Source: Octopus sinensis
Lineage: Eukaryota
Assembly: GCF_006345805.1 (NCBI RefSeq)
Contig: NW_021832950.1
Location: forward strand, 1 to 29,394
DNA: 29,394 nt
Reading direction: 5' to 3'
The notes under the pieces were generated by a model. That model made no database searches. It worked only from the letters and a program-made list of their open reading frames with translations, and was not told the DNA's origin. How positions within the stretch are numbered: the stretch's first letter is position 1; every line of letters starts with the position of its first letter. Below, piece after piece: positions 1 through 10,961 of this stretch. The translations under genes and the position numbers were made by a program.

Positions 1-234
1 GAAAAAATAAGGGGGGAAAAAGAAGCTGCATGTTTAATACGTAACTTAGAAGCAGCGCTAGGGATGTACCAGCACACACGAGATTGAGACATGGCCGACC
101 TCACGCACTTCTCATGAGGAATTCCGGAAAGAGCATCGTGAGACCACTGCTGAGACACTTCCAAAAACAAACAAACAAAAAGAAAGAAAGAAAAGCCGTT
201 GGAAAACCGATTATAGCAGCGACTCCATCTAAGA

Positions 235-271
235 ATATCTGAAGAAGGAATATTATTCCAAAATATCATAT
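235..271 (+). ncRNA. Degenerate minimal type I hammerhead-like motif (G12 replaced by A)
   Basis: ATAT-CTGAAGA-A-GGAAT-att-ATTCC-AAAA-TA-TC-ATAT. Core, stem II, palindromic ATAT stem III and stem I are present, but GAAA reads AAAA. Confidence 0.4.
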
Positions 272-426
272 CAGACTATGGATGACTAAAATACCACAAG
301 TATATAGCCCATTGCCTGTATTATAGTGCATTGTTGTACCATTCAAAACATTTTATTCTTTACAAACAATACACAATGCTTCAAGCGAACTACAATACTC
401 GTGTGTGTGTGTGTGTGTGTGTGTGC

Positions 427-565
427 GGTGCAGGCGTGGCTATGCGGTAAGAAGCTTTCTTCCCAACATGGTTCAAACCCACTGCGTGGTACCTTCTACT
501 ATAGCTTTGGGCCGACCAAAGCCTTGTGAGTGGATTTGGTAGACGGAAACTGAAAGAAACCCGTC
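427..565 (+). mobile_element. tRNA-derived SINE family A, internally deleted 5' part
   Basis: GCAGGCGTGGCTATGCGGTAAGAAG...GGGCCGACCAAAGCCTTGTGAGTGGATTTGGTAGACGGAAACTGAAAGAA matches the reverse complement of the fuller copy at 9643-10048. Confidence 0.8.
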
Positions 566-569
566 CTGT

Positions 570-766
570 GACCGCGTGTGTACCGTTGGCGATTTTTGTT
601 CCTCTGTCTTCCCTTCTCTGGATCTTTCTTTTTCCTATGTTTCTGACGAAGAGCTTCGCTCGAAACGTTAAACCCTCCATCTTCCCTTCCTTCCTGAGCG
701 TCCAATAATACTATACTTGTTCCACATCCTCGCGTTGTTGTGTTTTTTGTACTTTCTTGTTTGGAT

Positions 767-770
<4 letters not shown>
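570..770 (+). mobile_element. ~200-bp HHR-bearing PLE terminal-repeat (pLTR) fragment or non-autonomous element, copy 1
   Basis: Similar to 8033-8231 with the same start (GACCGCGTG) and end (TTAAC followed by (TA)n). Contains a hammerhead core. Confidence 0.7.
639..673 (+). ncRNA. Minimal type I hammerhead ribozyme
   Basis: GTTT-CTGACGA-A-GAGC-ttc-GCTC-GAAA-CG-TT-AAAC. Intact core, 4-bp stem II, palindromic AACGTT in place of stem III, 4-bp stem I. Confidence 0.8.
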
Positions 771-807
<37 letters not shown>

Positions 808-831
808 TATATATATGTGTGTGTATGTGTT

Positions 832-1790
832 GAGTCATCCCACAAATAATGCGGTTTTCTGTTTTTCAAAATAAAGATAAAGTTCTTTTTTAATCTAAAA
901 TATACTCTCCTTCATTTTCTTCACTGCTCTTTCATCTCTCTGGTAGACTTGCAAGACTCCCTTTCCAAAATTCGCTCGTCCGTGACGAAAAATACTCCTC
1001 TAGCACTGTTCTGACCTCGTCTACACAATTCATATTTTTTCTGTCCAAATTATTTTGAAGGCTGCGGAATAAATGATAATCAGATAAGGAAATGTCCGGC
1101 GAATATGATGGGTGGGGCATCGTTCTCCGATTCAAACTGCTCCAGCCTTTGGAATATCATCCTCGCTATATGTGATCACCTTCCGTCTTGAAACCAAAGA
1201 TGGTCGTTTTCCCTCCAGCTCTGACTTAAGTAAATCTCCTTTGTTATCGTTTCATTTGGGTTTAAAAGTTCAAAATGGATCAAACCTTTCATATCCCACC
1301 AGACAGATAACAGCCCCTTACATGGGTGAAGACCTTCTTTAGCCTGGGGTGCTGGTCTTTCTCCTTTCCCTACCCACTGTCTTTGGCTCTTGACATTTTT
1401 ACAGAGAACCCATTTCTCGTCACCAGGTGCTATTCGGTCCAAGAAAGGTCCATTCGTGAGTCATGGCAGCAAAGAAGAGCACATATTCACTCTCTGCGTG
1501 CGATTAGACTCGGAATGTTTGTGAGGAACCCGTTGACCAAATTTGCTGATTTTTTCGATGACTGGTTGAATGACCAAATCCAAGCTTCTCTGCCAGTTCC
1601 TCAACAGTTACGATGGGATTTTGTTCCACCAGGGTTTGCAGGACGTCCTTGTCGAGCTCTACAGATCTTCCAAAACGAGGCTCATCTTCATCCAGCTCAG
1701 AATTTCTGGAACCACCATTGACACTGGTTTACTGCTTACACTTGACACATGTTAAAATCATTTTATAGAACATCTTCATAAAAAACTATT
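832..1790 (-). mobile_element. Decayed mariner (Tc1/mariner) DNA transposon
   Basis: Minus-strand fragments CQWWFQKF, RVPHK, PFLDRIAPGDEKWV, LHPCKGLLSVWWDMKGLIHFELL and PHPSYSPDISLSDYHLFRSLQN match mariner transposase motifs (WVPHEL, GDEKW, YSPDLAPSDY), with stops and frameshifts. Possible terminal repeat at ~832-858; partner not found. Confidence 0.92.
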
Positions 1791-2479
1791 TTCGAGCTTC
1801 AAAAATACGATTTCAAATGTCAACAACAAGAAATGTCATCCTCAAAAACATGGCATAATCTAGGTTTTCGGTCGCATTTTGAAAATCCAAGAGTTTCACT
1901 GTCTTGTATGTTAATTAGCTGTTATTGTCCATAAGGCTTTCTCTGATTTTAGTTTATTCTATTTTCTATTTTCTTTCATATTTATTTATTTATTTATTTA
2001 TTCGGAAGTCCCGTTACATTTATGGTAAAATCTGAAGATCCTGGTTTAATATTTGGAGGTCAAAAACCTCCCTACTTAGCCTTAAAACATATCCATCGTC
2101 GTTAGTCGATAAAAGAAGAGCACACCAGACGGGAAACTGCTCCAGCATGACCATTGTACGAAAAGAAAATGTCTGTGAAAGAATATGTGTGTGCGTATGC
2201 ATATATGTATGTGTGTGTATGTATGTATATAGTGACATACATATATTATATATATATATTATATATATGTATGTATGTATGTATATATGTATATATATAT
2301 GTGTGCACACATGTTTGCATATTCACAAACATACACAGCTATAAGTGTGTGTGCGTGAGTGTAAAAGTGAGTGTATATATGTGTGCGCACCAATACGCGA
2401 GTGTATATCGTTTAATTCGCAATAGGCAAAACATATTCCCTCTCGAGACTCACATGAGACGTTTGTAAATATAGATGTG

Positions 2480-2573
2480 TATATATTTATACATATACGT
2501 GTGTATGTATGTGTACATACATACATACACATATATATTATATTATATATATAATATACATATATATTTATAC

Positions 2574-2605
<32 letters not shown>

Positions 2606-2611
2606 TACATA

Positions 2612-2654
<43 letters not shown>

Positions 2655-2757
2655 TATATATATACATATATATATATGTGTGTATTTATATATATACATA
2701 TATATTTATATGTATATATATATATATACATATATATTTATATATATATAATATAAT

Positions 2758-2790
<33 letters not shown>

Positions 2791-3040
2791 TATATATAAT
2801 AAACATATATATATATGTGTGTATTTATATAATACATAGATATTTATATGTATTAATATATATACATATATATTATATTATATATTAAATATATAGATAT
2901 TATATATATATATATATATAATATATTATATATATATATATATATATAAATATATATACACACATACATATATTTATATATATACACAACACACACACAA
3001 CATATATATATATATATATACATACATACATATATATAAA
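2480..3040. repeat. Imperfect (TA)n microsatellite tract
   Basis: Directly visible. Confidence 0.95.
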
Positions 3041-3469
3041 TGAGATCTCTTAGACAATAGATAACAATGTCTTTGACTCTCCAGAGAAGCGCAGCCCCGC
3101 CACATTTCCTGCTGGTCTGGCGGCATTCGGCGTCTTTGTTTACAGGTTAATGGCGGCGGCGGCGGTGGTGGTGTAGGTAGTGGTGGGGTGTCGTCGTTGC
3201 ACTTGGTGGTGACGGTGGCGGCACCGGTGGGTGCGTAGTTATTGGGGTGCTAACGGTGACGGTGGTGGCGCCGGTGGAAGTGTGGTGTTAGGGGAAGAGG
3301 GTCGGATGTTGGATGCAAGTTCTTGCGACGTGGCCATGGTGGAGGGGACCCAGGAAATATTCTCTGTCATGTACGCCTTCGATTCGCTTCTCATGCAAAT
3401 TATTTCTCCGGTTCGAACTCACAGCTCGGCAGCAGTACCTTCCTTGGGCAAGTGATTTTGTTTTTTCAG

Positions 3470-3528
3470 TCTTGTGTCGACAAAAAAGACTGAAAGAGGA
3501 ATTCGATAAACCGGAAATTAACAAATCT
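3470..3528 (+). CDS. Candidate internal exon of an unidentified host gene (LCRQKRLKEEFDKPEINKS)
   Basis: Acceptor gattttgttttttcag, donor CT|gtatgt, one open frame (phase 1 to 0). No homology recognised. Confidence 0.35.
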
Positions 3529-3529
3529 G

Positions 3530-3748
3530 TATGTCATATGTATATGAGTACGTGTGTGTGTGTTTGTGTGTGTATGCGTATGCGTTTGTGTGTGTGTGTA
3601 TATATGTGTGTATTGTTGTGTGTGCGTGTGTGTATTGCTCTGTGTGTGTGTATGTGTGTATTGCTGTATGTGTGTGTGTATGTGTGTATTGCAGTGTGCG
3701 TGTATTGCTCTTTGTGTGTATGTATATATATATGTGTGTGTGAGTATG

Positions 3749-3793
<45 letters not shown>

Positions 3794-4060
3794 TGCTGTG
3801 TGTGCGTTTGTGTGTGTTTCTTTATGTGACTGTCTGTTTGTGTATGCATCTGTCTGTGTGTGTATGCCTTTGTATTTGTGTGTGTGTGTGTGGATGTGTT
3901 TATTTCCGTGTCTGTATGTCGATGTGTGTGTTGTGTGCGTTTGTGTATTTGTTTGTGTGCATTTGTCATTTCTATGTGTATGTGTGTATCTCTACTTGTG
4001 CGTGTGTGATTGTGGCTGTGGGTGTGTATTTCTGCTTATGCGTGTGCACATGCATCTGTG
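3530..4060. repeat. Degenerate (GT)n-rich tract
   Basis: Directly visible. Confidence 0.9.
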
Positions 4061-4236
4061 GAGGTCATACATCAAAACTTCAAGTTTCATGTCCCAGTCA
4101 ACACCTGACAATCATCAGACAACAAACTGCAGCCGTTCTTTAAAAGCGACCAGGAATCGTTCAATAGATTACTATGCATAGTCATTGGAAATGGTCTACA
4201 GACACACTTTCAGTCTAAATATAATTGAATAAATAG

Positions 4237-4655
4237 GCGGCGAGCTGGCAGAAACATTAGCACGCCGGGCGAAATGCTTAGTGGTATGTCGTCTGCCGTT
4301 ACGTTCTGAGTTCAAATTCCGCCAAGGTCGACTTTGCCTGTCATCCTTTCGGGGTCGATAAATTAAGTACCAGTTACGCGCTGGGGTCGATATAATCGAC
4401 TTAATCCGTTTGTCTGTCCTTGTTTCTCCTCTCTGTGTTTAGCCCCTTGTGGATAGTAAAGAAATAGAAATAGGTATTTCGTCTGCCGTTACGTTCTGAG
4501 TTCAAATTCCGCCGAGGTCGACTTTGCCTTTCATCCTTTCGGGGTCGATTAAATAAGTACCAGTTACGCACTGGGGTCGATATAATCGACTTAATACGTT
4601 TGTCTGTCCTTGTTTCTCCTCTCTGTGTTTAGCTCCTTGTGGGTAGTAAAGAAAT
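4237..4655 (+). mobile_element. tRNA-derived SINE family B, head plus two body units, with 18-bp TSD
   Basis: Head GGCGGCGAGCTGGCAGAAACATTAGCACGCCGGGCG and B-box-like GAGTTCAAATTCC. The body is repeated twice. ATATAATTGAATAAATAG is duplicated at 4219-4236 and 4656-4673. Confidence 0.9.
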
Positions 4656-4682
4656 ATATAATTGAATAAATAGAAATGAGCG

Positions 4683-6030
4683 AAAGTGCTAACTAAAGCC
4701 TTTATCAAGTTCCGAATTTATATAAGTGTTTATTAATCTGCAGCGAGAATCCTGACAGAACATTTCGTTGCGATTCTTGGTGTTGTTCAAAAATCAGACA
4801 CCGATTGCTGCCAAGGAAACATTTCGTTGAGGGTCCAACCCGAACAGATTTGTCAACCACCTTCATCTCATGCGATACATAATAGAACGGTCGAGTAAAA
4901 AATCTGCCATGGGTGGGGCGTTGATCAGCTTAGATCAACCGAAAACTTTTGGCAGGATCCAGGGCCAATATTTAACCGCTGTCACCATAGCAACCAGTTT
5001 CGGTCTCGTCTTCCGTTGTTAGATCGCTGCAATGCGCAGCTGCGTCTTCCCGATTTTGGTTCGGGTGGAGTGGATGGTCACCTACTGGAACCATTCTGTA
5101 TCGTGCACTCAGTTCGTCAATGTTGTCTCCTCTCCTCTTGCGTGTTCCCACGCCATCCGGTTTCGGTTCCGTCTTCCGCTGCTGGACTACCGCAATGTAC
5201 AACGGAATCTTCTCTATAGTTCGGGAGAATGGTCACTTATCGGAACCATTCGATCTATTAATGTTGCTCCCTCTCGTCTCTTCTGCATGTACTGACTCTA
5301 GAGTCACTACTGTGTAATCTCGAGACGTTCAGGGACATCCTGCGCGAACTGGAACGGGTGAGAATCGGGACGGCATATGCAGACGACGCCACTGTCCGAG
5401 ACCTGATCGATGCTCGCCTCCTTATGAGAGCTCAAAATCTCTCGTGGAAGCGTCTTCCAACCAAAGTACAAATATATGGAAAACTACCACCTGTGTCATC
5501 TCTTGTGAAAGGTAGGAGAGTCCAGTTTGCTGGACATTGTTGTAGAGCTGAAAATGAGGCAATTTCTACTCTTATCCTCTGGAAGCCATCTACTCGCAAT
5601 ACCAGAAGGTGCACACTCTCCTACACTGATGTAATCTCCAGGGATACAGGCTACCAGCAACGGGACCTCCGTAATGCCATGATGGACCGTGAAGTCTGGT
5701 GTAGCATGGTAAATTCCATTGTCTCGACCACGGTCGAACAATGATGATGATGATGATAAGAGAATACGAGGCGGTGACCAGAGCAGAAATCAAAGTTAGT
5801 GGGACAAGTGTTCGGCAGCTGGAGAGGTGCGTCCGTGTAGTCCAGCAGTGTCGTGGGACGTCGGATGAAGGGATCAACAGAATTGCTCGGAGTCTGGTTT
5901 GGTCCGAGTCTCCATGTGGAGAAGATCTGGAACGAGGTGACAGGGGTAGACTCGCCCAGAAATGTGCTGATAAAAAGTTACTCCTGAGAGGCCGGGAAGA
6001 GGTGGCGAATGTATTCATATATCGCCTCCT
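4683..6030 (+). mobile_element. Decayed L1/Tx1-like LINE RT region, interrupted at ~5411-5757
   Basis: Across frames: NHLHLMRYIIER, GGALISLDQPKTF, GHLLEPFCIVHSVRQCCLLS (cf. VRQGCPLSP), AYADDAT at 5376-5387, then EYEAVT, LLGVWFGPSLHVEKIWNEVT and KKLLLRGREEVAN. Includes an internal duplication of the GFG..FR..GHLSEPF segment. Confidence 0.8.
5411..5757 (+). mobile_element. 5'-truncated RTE-superfamily (RTEX-like) LINE 3' end with (TGA)n tail
   Basis: RLLMRAQNLSWK...RRVQFAGHCCRA...SYTDVISRDTG...AMMDREVW...EQ*, followed by tgatgatgatgatga. Confidence 0.75.
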
Positions 6031-6059
6031 ATTGCGTGTGTGTGTGTAGATGTAAATAG

Positions 6060-6326
6060 ATACAGATGCACAAACACACACACATATATATATATACATA
6101 TGTATATATATATAAATACATATATATATATAAAGATAAATATATATATACATATATATTAAGAGATAATAAATATATACATATAATATATAATATTACA
6201 TATATATATATACATACATATATATATACATATACATACACATATATATATACATATATATATACATATATATACATATATATATATACACATATATACA
6301 TATACGTATATATACATACATACAAA

Positions 6327-6363
<37 letters not shown>

Positions 6364-6383
6364 ATACATACTATACGTATATG

Positions 6384-6442
<59 letters not shown>

Positions 6443-6480
6443 GAGAGATACATGTATTCTTTATAAATGAATATATACAA
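6060..6480. repeat. Imperfect (TA)n tract
   Basis: Directly visible. Confidence 0.95.
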
Positions 6481-6784
6481 GTATATGTACTGGCTGTCTC
6501 TCTTTCACACACACACGCACACATACATATATACACATGGGCACAAACGCACATATACACGCGCCACATGCTACACCAGACACTATATACACCCAGTTAC
6601 AGATATTTCTAATGTATTCCGTTTGTTTTGTTTACTTAGTTTCTAACACAAAGAAATATTTTCAAACAAAACACGACGCACAGACACACAAATACGCGCG
6701 CGCGCACACATACACACACACGCACACACATATGCACACACACACTTATTTCTGTGTCGTATGCAAGCGTGTGTATATATATGT

Positions 6785-6837
<53 letters not shown>

Positions 6838-6995
6838 GGGAAAGTTTATGTGCGTCGGGTGTGTGTATATATGTATGTATGTATGTATGTATACGCATAT
6901 ATATGGATACATATCTGTCGGCGTATGTTTTGTATATTTGTGTGGATCGACAAAAGATAAACGATATGCATGTATGTGTAAAATAATGTGCGTGT

Positions 6996-7029
<34 letters not shown>

Positions 7030-7325
7030 GTGTGCACCAACACGCCTGAAATATATGAGATCTCGTGTTTACTCATGTATATACACACATGTATAATTTA
7101 AATATTTATATGTATATACATACACTTGCACCACCCATAAACACACACACACACTCACGATCCCTATATATGTGTGTGTGTGTGTGTGTGTGCCTGAGAG
7201 TGCATGTGTATACATAAATACATTATTTATGCATGTGTGTGTGTGTGTACATAGACACAGACACAAACACAGACATAAACACACACGTACATACAGCCAT
7301 CCACCACCACCACCACCACACCCAG

Positions 7326-7406
7326 GTTCGCATCACGGGCGGAGTCTACAGCGACGATGGCTTCAATAACACGCGATACTTCTCCATAACCTCTCAAAAC
7401 AAACAG
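7326..7406 (+). CDS. Candidate 81-nt exon (VRITGGVYSDDGFNNTRYFSITSQNKQ)
   Basis: CCCAG| acceptor after (CCA)n with a weak pyrimidine tract, CAG|gtattt donor, only phase 0 open. Phase is compatible with the 3470-3528 exon. Confidence 0.25.
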
Positions 7407-7952
7407 GTATTTGGGTATATGTATAGAATAACAGTAACGGGTGGCAGTCGGGTGGATTGGTACGGCATAGGAGGTCTGTGTATAGGGTGGAGAGGTGATA
7501 AAAATACGCTAGATGGAATGATGTGGTCGTGCATGAGTGTGTATAGGGTAGGCTAGAGTATTTTAGTGAGGTAGTGTTGTGATGTTTTAAGAATTCTCTG
7601 GAATGGTGATGTTGGGGGTTCGCATTGGCTGCACGGATTTGGTATTGTTGTTGTTTAGCACCAGGTCAGTCTTGATTCTTCGGATTTACAATCAAAAGCA
7701 ATCCAGCTGTGACAACCACGTATTTTCCCTCTGTGCAGGAAACACAGTACCATATTGTCTAACGTGTTCTTTATTGAAACAGATTTTGAGTGATATTTGG
7801 CTGCTATTTCTGCCAGATCTAGCTACCATATACATGCATATATACATACATAAGGCAGTAAGGTGTGATTTGGGGAATATCTCTGCTATTTCTACCAGGT
7901 CTAGCTACCATGTAAAAGTCTCCCCTAAGGCTCATATATATATATATATATA

Positions 7953-8024
<72 letters not shown>

Positions 8025-8032
8025 CCTTAGGG

Positions 8033-8231
8033 GACCGCGTGTTGTACCGTTGGCGATTTTTTTCTTCGTCTTCCTTCTCTGGATCATTCCTTTTCCTATG
8101 TTTCTGACGAAGAGCTCCGCTCGAAACGTTAAGCCCTCCTTCTTCCCTTCCTTCCTTAGCGTCCAATAATACTATATTTGTTCCACGTACTCGCGTTGTG
8201 TTTTCTCTTGGTGTTTTCATGTTGTATTAAC
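8033..8231 (+). mobile_element. ~200-bp HHR-bearing PLE pLTR fragment or non-autonomous element, copy 2
   Basis: Homologous to 570-770 with the same boundaries. Ends in (TA)n. Confidence 0.7.
8100..8134 (+). ncRNA. Minimal type I hammerhead ribozyme
   Basis: GTTT-CTGACGA-A-GAGC-tcc-GCTC-GAAA-CG-TT-AAGC. Same family as 639-673. Confidence 0.75.
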
Positions 8232-8249
8232 TATATATATATATATATA

Positions 8250-8280
<31 letters not shown>

Positions 8281-8343
8281 AATATTATATATAATTATAT
8301 ATCTATATAATATATATATATATGTATATATATATATACATAC

Positions 8344-8566
8344 ATTGTGAATAACCATTATAATTTATGCGTCTCGAAACAAACCGATAGAAATTTCTAA
8401 AAAAGTCCGTATTACGTATTGGTCCCAATTTCGGGGTTAATTCGTAAGAATTTTCCCCTCTTCAGCGATAAATACGTGAGATATTACCAATACGGTAATA
8501 ACTGATTTTTTAGAAATTTCTATCGGTTTGTTTCGAGACGCATAAATTATAATGGTTATTCACAAT
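8344..8566. repeat. Inverted repeat with ~80-bp arms (8344-8423 and 8486-8566)
   Basis: ATTGTGAATAACCATTATAATTTATGCGTCTCGAAACAAACCGATAGAAATTTCTAAAAAA appears with its exact reverse complement. The inner ~20 bp are more diverged. Confidence 0.95.
8409..8475 (-). ncRNA. Type I hammerhead ribozyme with extended stem II
   Basis: Minus strand: GTATTTATCG-CTGAAGA-GGGG-aa-AATTC-ttac-GAATT-aa-CCCC-GAAA-TTGG-ga-CCAA-TA|CGTAATAC. Near-palindromic stem III, AUA triplet, bulged stem I. Confidence 0.7.
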
Positions 8567-9018
8567 TTTGTCTTTTTTTCGGCATATTTGGCATTAGAAT
8601 TTTTCTTTTGCCCTTATTTTGTAAATTATTTATAAATTTAACCTTTAAAGGTATCTTTTGATATGCTGGCCATTGATGGAATTTTTTTCCCGAAAAAATT
8701 TTTATTCTACATTAGTTATATATATACACATACATATATACCAACCTTATCATAGACCTAACACCAACATAAGATATATAAACGTAAACAGTAACCACCC
8801 ACATAATATTATAGAAAACTTGAATACAAACATAGGGAGAAGAATAAATTTTCTATCCTGTAACGAAGATGTATTTAATAAACATAAAGACTATTACAAC
8901 ATAGCACTTAAGAAGGCAGGATAGAAGTATAAGATTAAGTACAATAAGAACCACAACGCTACTTAGAATCATATTTAAAATAATTACATAAATAATAATT
9001 TTGAAACTAAAGAAATAG

Positions 9019-9232
9019 TTGCAGCGTGAAAGGTGTTTGTAATCCATTTAAGAAACACACAAAAGCCGTTCGATTCACTTCAACATTCGGATGCAGCACG
9101 GATTTTTGTCAGTGAACAGGTCGCGGTCTTAAAGCGACGAAAATATTTTGACAAATTAAACTTAAATGTTGAAGTGAATCTAACGGTTTTGTGTGTTTCT
9201 TAAATGGCTTACAAACACCTTCCACGCTGCAA
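9019..9232. repeat. Inverted repeat with ~69-bp arms (9019-9087 and 9165-9232), inserted into the older PLE
   Basis: TTGCAGCGTGAAAGGTGTTTGTAATCCATTTAAGAAACACACAAAAGCCGTTCGATTCACTTCAACATT versus its reverse complement, with about 4 differences. Confidence 0.95.
9105..9155 (+). ncRNA. Hammerhead-like motif with G3-C8 swapped core (GUGAACA)
   Basis: TTTGTCA-GTGAACA-G-GTCGC-ggtcttaaa-GCGAC-GAAA-ATATT-T|TGACAAA. 7-bp stem I, 5-bp stem II, palindromic AATATT stem III. Confidence 0.6.
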
Positions 9233-9642
9233 TTGTTTTCGTTCCAGCACACGATCTCAGATCAAATTACTTGCTATGCGAGTACATCTCCGTAATAAAG
9301 AAATAATATTCCCTCATAATGAAAAAATAAAAATCCCCAACACTATTCGTAATTATAACAATCGTGTTAAACAGGCCAATTATAATTAAAAAATTAAACT
9401 TAAGCATCAGGAACATAAATAAAATAGATAAGAACAAAAATCATAAAAATTACTATCACTTTTCTAATCACACGAATGTAAACAACCCTAAAAATACCGA
9501 TCGAGTAAATTACAAGTGTATAATTAAAGACAGGAATCGGAACATAAAGATAACAAATAATAGAAATCTGAATAACCAGAATAAGACGACGAACAATAAT
9601 GATAAGAATCACAATAATAAAATGAATAACGATAATAAAAAC

Positions 9643-10048
9643 ATACTCTTTACTCTTTTACTCTTTTACTTGTTTCAGTCATTTGACTGTGGCCATGCTG
9701 GAGCACCGCCTTTATCGAGCAAATCGACCCCGGACTTATTCTTTGTAAGCCCAGTACTTTTCCATCGTCTCTTTTTGCCGAACCGCTAAGTAACGGGACA
9801 TAACACCCAGCATCGGTTGTCAAGCAACGTTTGGGCGGACAACCACAGACACACAATCACACATACATATATATACATATATATAATGGGCTTCTTTCAG
9901 TTTCCGTCTACCAAATCCACTCACAAGGCTTTGGTCGGCCCGGGGCTATAGCAGAAGACACTTGCCCAAGATGCCACGCAGTGGGACTGAACCCGGAACC
10001 ATGTGGTTGGTTAGCAAGCTACTTACCACACAGCCACTCCTGCGCCTA
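9643..10048 (-). mobile_element. Full-length tRNA-derived SINE family A
   Basis: Minus strand: GGCGCAGGAGTGGCTGTGTGGTAAG (A-box-like), GGGTTCAGTCCC (B-box-like), internal TA/TG tract, (GTAAAAGA)n tail. Confidence 0.9.
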
Positions 10049-10961
10049 TAGTCAAAAAGAAACGAAAATGACTTTCTGAATAGAAATCAATGCTCACCCA
10101 AGAGGACCCTGATAAAACCATATCGATAATAATTCCCTTCGCTAAACATTTAAAGACAAATTTTATAGGATCGATCAGAAAGATTATTAATGAAAACTTT
10201 AAAAACACTAGGTGCATAAAACATATCAGATTCGGATTTTCAGTTTCTCCCAACCTTTTCAGGATAATATCTTCATTTAATAATAGGAAATTAGATCAAT
10301 TCTAAGAAATTAAAAAAAAACACAAATTGAACCTAAAATATACAAAAATAATAAAACAGAACATAATGGTACAAACAGCAATATGAATACTCTTGATAAC
10401 TACAACGCATATAAATCAATGAAGTCTCTTAATAACACCACATTACCTACACATAAAAGTTGTAATAGGAGAGACCCAAAAGTTAGAGATTGTAAAAAAT
10501 GTAGTATACCAAGCAACATAGGATTCCTCAAAATATCATTATATCGGATGTACACAAAACTGGATCAAATCAAGAATTTCGAACCACGAATCGACATTTA
10601 GGGACCAAAGTAAAATGAACAGTACCGGACTCTCAAAAGAAATTTAGCACCTCAAAAAAAAAAGAAAAAATATTGATTTCATTGTCAATGGAAAGTTGTA
10701 TCATTTGCACCTTCTTGCAAAATTAACAATAAATTCTGTAGATTATGCCTAGAGGAAAACTATAAAATAATGAATATGAAAGGGCACCTTGTAAATACGA
10801 GGAATGAAAACATCTTTTCGTGTAAACACATGACAAAATTCCTTTTCACTAATCTAAAATAACAGTAATGTCACTTAATAGTGTTATTAATATTATTTGC
10901 AATAATAAATCTCTGAACTTATTTGCATTGGGACTCCTTTCATCGAAAACCGCTGATTGTC

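Larger units (their letters stand above)
8750..10860 (+). mobile_element. Older, decayed PLE (RT thumb, linker, GIY-YIG C-terminus) of the same type as the 24784-28113 element, with nested insertions
   Basis: PYHRPNTNIRYINVNSNHPHNIIENLNTNIGRRINFLS..YYNIALKKAG aligns to PFRKPNEKLSYISKDSNHPPVILSNLVSNVGRRISSIS..YYDSALKNSG. FGFSVSPNLFRIISSFNNRKL aligns to VSYSCCRNFASYISQHNRKL. WKVVSFAP..FCRLCLEE..NTRNE..SCKHMTKF (~10690-10860) aligns to WSILDRAAP..KCRLCLLE..NQRSE..LCRHAAKF. Confidence 0.85.

Noticed and set aside
105-150. CTCATGA-GGAATTCC-GGAAA, a hammerhead look-alike
   Set aside because: The core is altered at G5 and there are no convincing stems I and III.
2028-2075. CTGAAGA followed by AAAA
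   Set aside because: No stem II pairing and no GAAA.
3060-3460. GC-rich island; minus-strand GHVARTC resembles a gag zinc knuckle, and a plus-strand acceptor lies at ~3145
   Set aside because: The two upstream Cys residues are missing, the frames close quickly and the sequence is mostly (GGT/GGC)n. Unresolved.
7410-7640. Minus-strand SPFQRILKTSQHYL, vaguely like a Penelope linker
   Set aside because: Too short, with no further RT or EN motifs.
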